A stretch of 64,000 bases of DNA. It comes from an uncultured delta proteobacterium (GTDB lineage Bacteria; Desulfobacterota; Binatia; Binatales; Binataceae). Below the pieces are notes generated by a model that saw only the letters and a list, made by a program, of their open reading frames with translations, was not told where the DNA came from and made no database searches. Below, piece after piece: positions 61,985 through 64,000 of the stretch. The DNA lies in NCBI GenBank assembly GCA_963765675.1, contig CAVXXK010000003.1:538136-602135 (forward strand). Reading direction: 5' to 3'. Every line of letters starts with the position of its first letter. Within the stretch, counting starts at the first letter, position 1. The position numbers and the translations under genes were made by a program.

Positions 61985-62731
61985 ATGGGCGAATCGAATC
62001 CAGACAAGGTCGCGATCGTTACTGGCGCCGGCCGCGGAATCGGCCGCGCGATCGCGCTAGCTCTTGCGCGCGAGGGCTACGCCCTATGCCTGGTCGCGCG
62101 CACGCGCGAAGAGCTGGCGGAAACCCGCAGCCTGACCAAGCTCACACCCGAGCGTTCGCTTATCGTGCTGCTTGATCTCGCGCAGTCAGAGGCGCCGTCC
62201 GCGCTGGTCTCGACCGCGATGGAACACTATGGGCGTATCGACGTAATCGTCAACAATGCTGGATGGGCGCCGGCGCGGACCGCGCTCGCGAAGATGAGCG
62301 ACGACGATGTCGATCGAATCCTCGCGGTTAATCTGCGCGCGCCGATCGAGATTGCGCGGATGGCGGTCGAGCCGATGACCCACCAGGGCGGCGGTACCAT
62401 CATCAACATCGCGTCGGCCGCCGCGAAAAGAACTCCCGCCGGAGAGGCGGTTTACGCCGGCGCAAAGGCCGGGCTGGTCGCATTCACGCACGCAGCGTTC
62501 GCCGAGCTGCGCAACCGCTCAATCAAGATCTCGGTAATCGTGCCGGGCCTGGTCGATACCGCGCTGATTCCGGCCAACAAACGGCTCGACCGCACCGTGA
62601 TGCTCACGCCCGACGATATCGCCGACGCGGTAGTCCAGATCGTCCGGATGCCCGCGCGCGTGTGCCCCGTCGAAATCGCGATCGAGCCGCAGATCGATCC
62701 GATGGGCAGCGCGCCGATGCGCACAAAATAG
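61985..62731 (+). CDS. SDR-family oxidoreductase
   Basis: TGAGRGIG, NNAG, YAGAK. Confidence 0.92.
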   Translation: MGESNPDKVAIVTGAGRGIGRAIALALAREGYALCLVARTREELAETRSLTKLTPERSLIVLLDLAQSEAPSALVSTAMEHYGRIDVIVNNAGWAPARTALAKMSDDDVDRILAVNLRAPIEIARMAVEPMTHQGGGTIINIASAAAKRTPAGEAVYAGAKAGLVAFTHAAFAELRNRSIKISVIVPGLVDTALIPANKRLDRTVMLTPDDIADAVVQIVRMPARVCPVEIAIEPQIDPMGSAPMRTK

Positions 62732-62734
62732 TTG

Positions 62735-63010
62735 ATGCCGAAATCGTTCACCGCAAAATTCGCGATCGCGCTGGTAATCGGGCTCCTCGCCGCCGTGATT
62801 ATCGCGCCATTCGCGGCGCTCGCGGTCGCCCGCGCGGGATTCAGGATTCCGTTCCCGCGCATCTTCGATCGAGTCGTGATGCTCGCGCTGCTCGGCGTAA
62901 TCCTGTACGCGGCGCGAGCGTTAGGCCTGGTTGCACTGCTGCGCGAGGGCTTCAAGAGTCCGCGCGCCGGAGCATCGCGCGCGCTGTTTGGATTTGCGCC
63001 TCGAACTTAG
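62735..63010 (+). pseudogene. N-terminal part of a membrane protein (possibly CPBP/Abi family), cut at about 62999
   Basis: Two TM helices with host-like codons 3 nt after the SDR; the last codons and stop come from the antisense of the opposing gene. Confidence 0.5.
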
Positions 63011-63373
63011 TCCGTATGTCCGCATCTTCGTCCTTCGCGAAATAAATGGCGCCGGCAGCGTGAAGCTTGATGCCCTCCGCGGCATAGTCCGCAAAAGCAG
63101 CCTCCTCTTGCGGAGGATCCATATGTACATCATCCCGATGTCCTTCGCATTCAAGGTGAACACATTGAGTCGCCTTATAAAGCCGATCAGTTGCGAACGA
63201 CTGAAGTTGCGGAAGGTGTAGCTGGCGAGGCCCAAGCGAATCGGAGTTGCCGCGTCAGATGATGTCCGTTCGTGAGCCAGCGCTAAAACGTCGCTTGGAG
63301 CAATGCACGCTCCGGCGACCAGTGCACTGGAGAAAACGAAATCGCGACGAGAAAAAGCGCTTTCCTTAGACAT
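63000..63373 (-). pseudogene. Tat-leader sugar-phosphate isomerase/epimerase (TIM barrel), frameshifted and truncated
   Basis: SRRDFV leader, IRLGLASYTFRNF, LNAKD; after a shift near 63125-63140 it reads MDPPQEEAAFADYAAEGIKLHAAGAIYFAKDEDADIRTKFE, then runs into unrelated sequence. Confidence 0.7.
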
Positions 63374-64000
63374 GCGGTGCCCAGCCCTTCTCGTACTCGC
63401 GTCCCCACATCTTCATCGCTTCCGGGTCGCCCTGAATCCGTCCGTTCTTCGTGTCGATATCCGATTCCCGGTCGACCTCCCACGCGACGTTGGAAAGCTG
63501 CAGCAGCGTAACAGCGACGTTGCCGACGGAAACCGGAGAATTGAGCTTCTCGCCTTTGCGGATTCCCGCGATGAAGTTCGCGAAGTGAGCGTCTGTCATG
63601 GAATCGCGGCCGAGTAGATCGGAAGATTCGGTCGTGCCCCCGGTCTTGAATTCGCTCGTCTTGTTGCCTTTGAGGTCGTATATCTCGTAGCCATCGCGAT
63701 CGACCAGAACCGTGCCAATGGTTCCCATAATGGTCGAACCACGACCGCGGCCGAAATACTTCATTCCCTGGCAGCTCTTGCCCTCCCAGGAAATCATTGT
63801 GTCTTCATACTCGAACTGGTAACGAGCGTGTCAGAGAATTGCCAGTCGTCTTTAAACTGGTATCTGCCTCCTGACGAAGTAATCCGCTTCGGGTAGTCGA
63901 CGCCAAGCGCCCAGCGGCAGACATCGACCTCGTGCGTGCCATTGTTGAGCGTTTCACCGGCGCCGTAGATTCTAACCAGTGCCAGTTATAAGGATGCACA
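63366..64000 (-). pseudogene. Gfo/Idh/MocA oxidoreductase, C-terminal part with two 1-nt deletions (5' end outside window)
   Basis: Reconstructs as VHPYNWHW/RIYGAGETLNNGTHEVDVCRWALG...DDWQFSDTLVT/FEYEDTMISWEG...HFANFI..IR...REYEKGW; shifts near 63974 and 63816. Confidence 0.75.

Overview
High-GC bacterial chromosome segment. The gene order rimP-nusA-ylxR-infB-DUF503-rbfA-truB-rpsO-pnp-M16-dut and the protein style suggest a deltaproteobacteria-like lineage such as Ca. Binatia; this is an inference. Most of the window is housekeeping on the minus strand: korAB, acyP, ligA, aroQ-accBC, rsmI, purU, purBCSQLF, the rimP-infB-pnp cluster, acs, manC and PMM/PGM. The most interesting region is an apparently continuous 11-gene operon (29476 to 20590, minus strand). 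It starts with a bufferin-type MNIO/DUF692 RiPP core (6-Cys secreted precursor, DUF692, DUF2063). It continues through overlapping or near-abutting genes into a YghO/bCerS-like GNAT acyltransferase, two 4-TM membrane proteins, a Tat-exported PaoABC-like molybdoenzyme, a 71-aa Cys-rich protein and a tandem cupin. An orphan modB-like permease is transcribed divergently from it. Other accessory items: a 941-aa periplasmic-domain/MOP-flippase fusion, a DUF433/DUF5615 TA pair, an NHL beta-propeller lipoprotein, and a decayed type II R-M islet (hidden coupled start plus frameshift in the nuclease). There are also several families of intergenic palindromic repeats, degenerate duplicated gene 3' ends, and an abrupt head-on junction near 63000 with indel-rich sequence beyond it. 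I found no rRNA, tRNA or CRISPR array. All family calls come from motif recognition by eye, not database searches.
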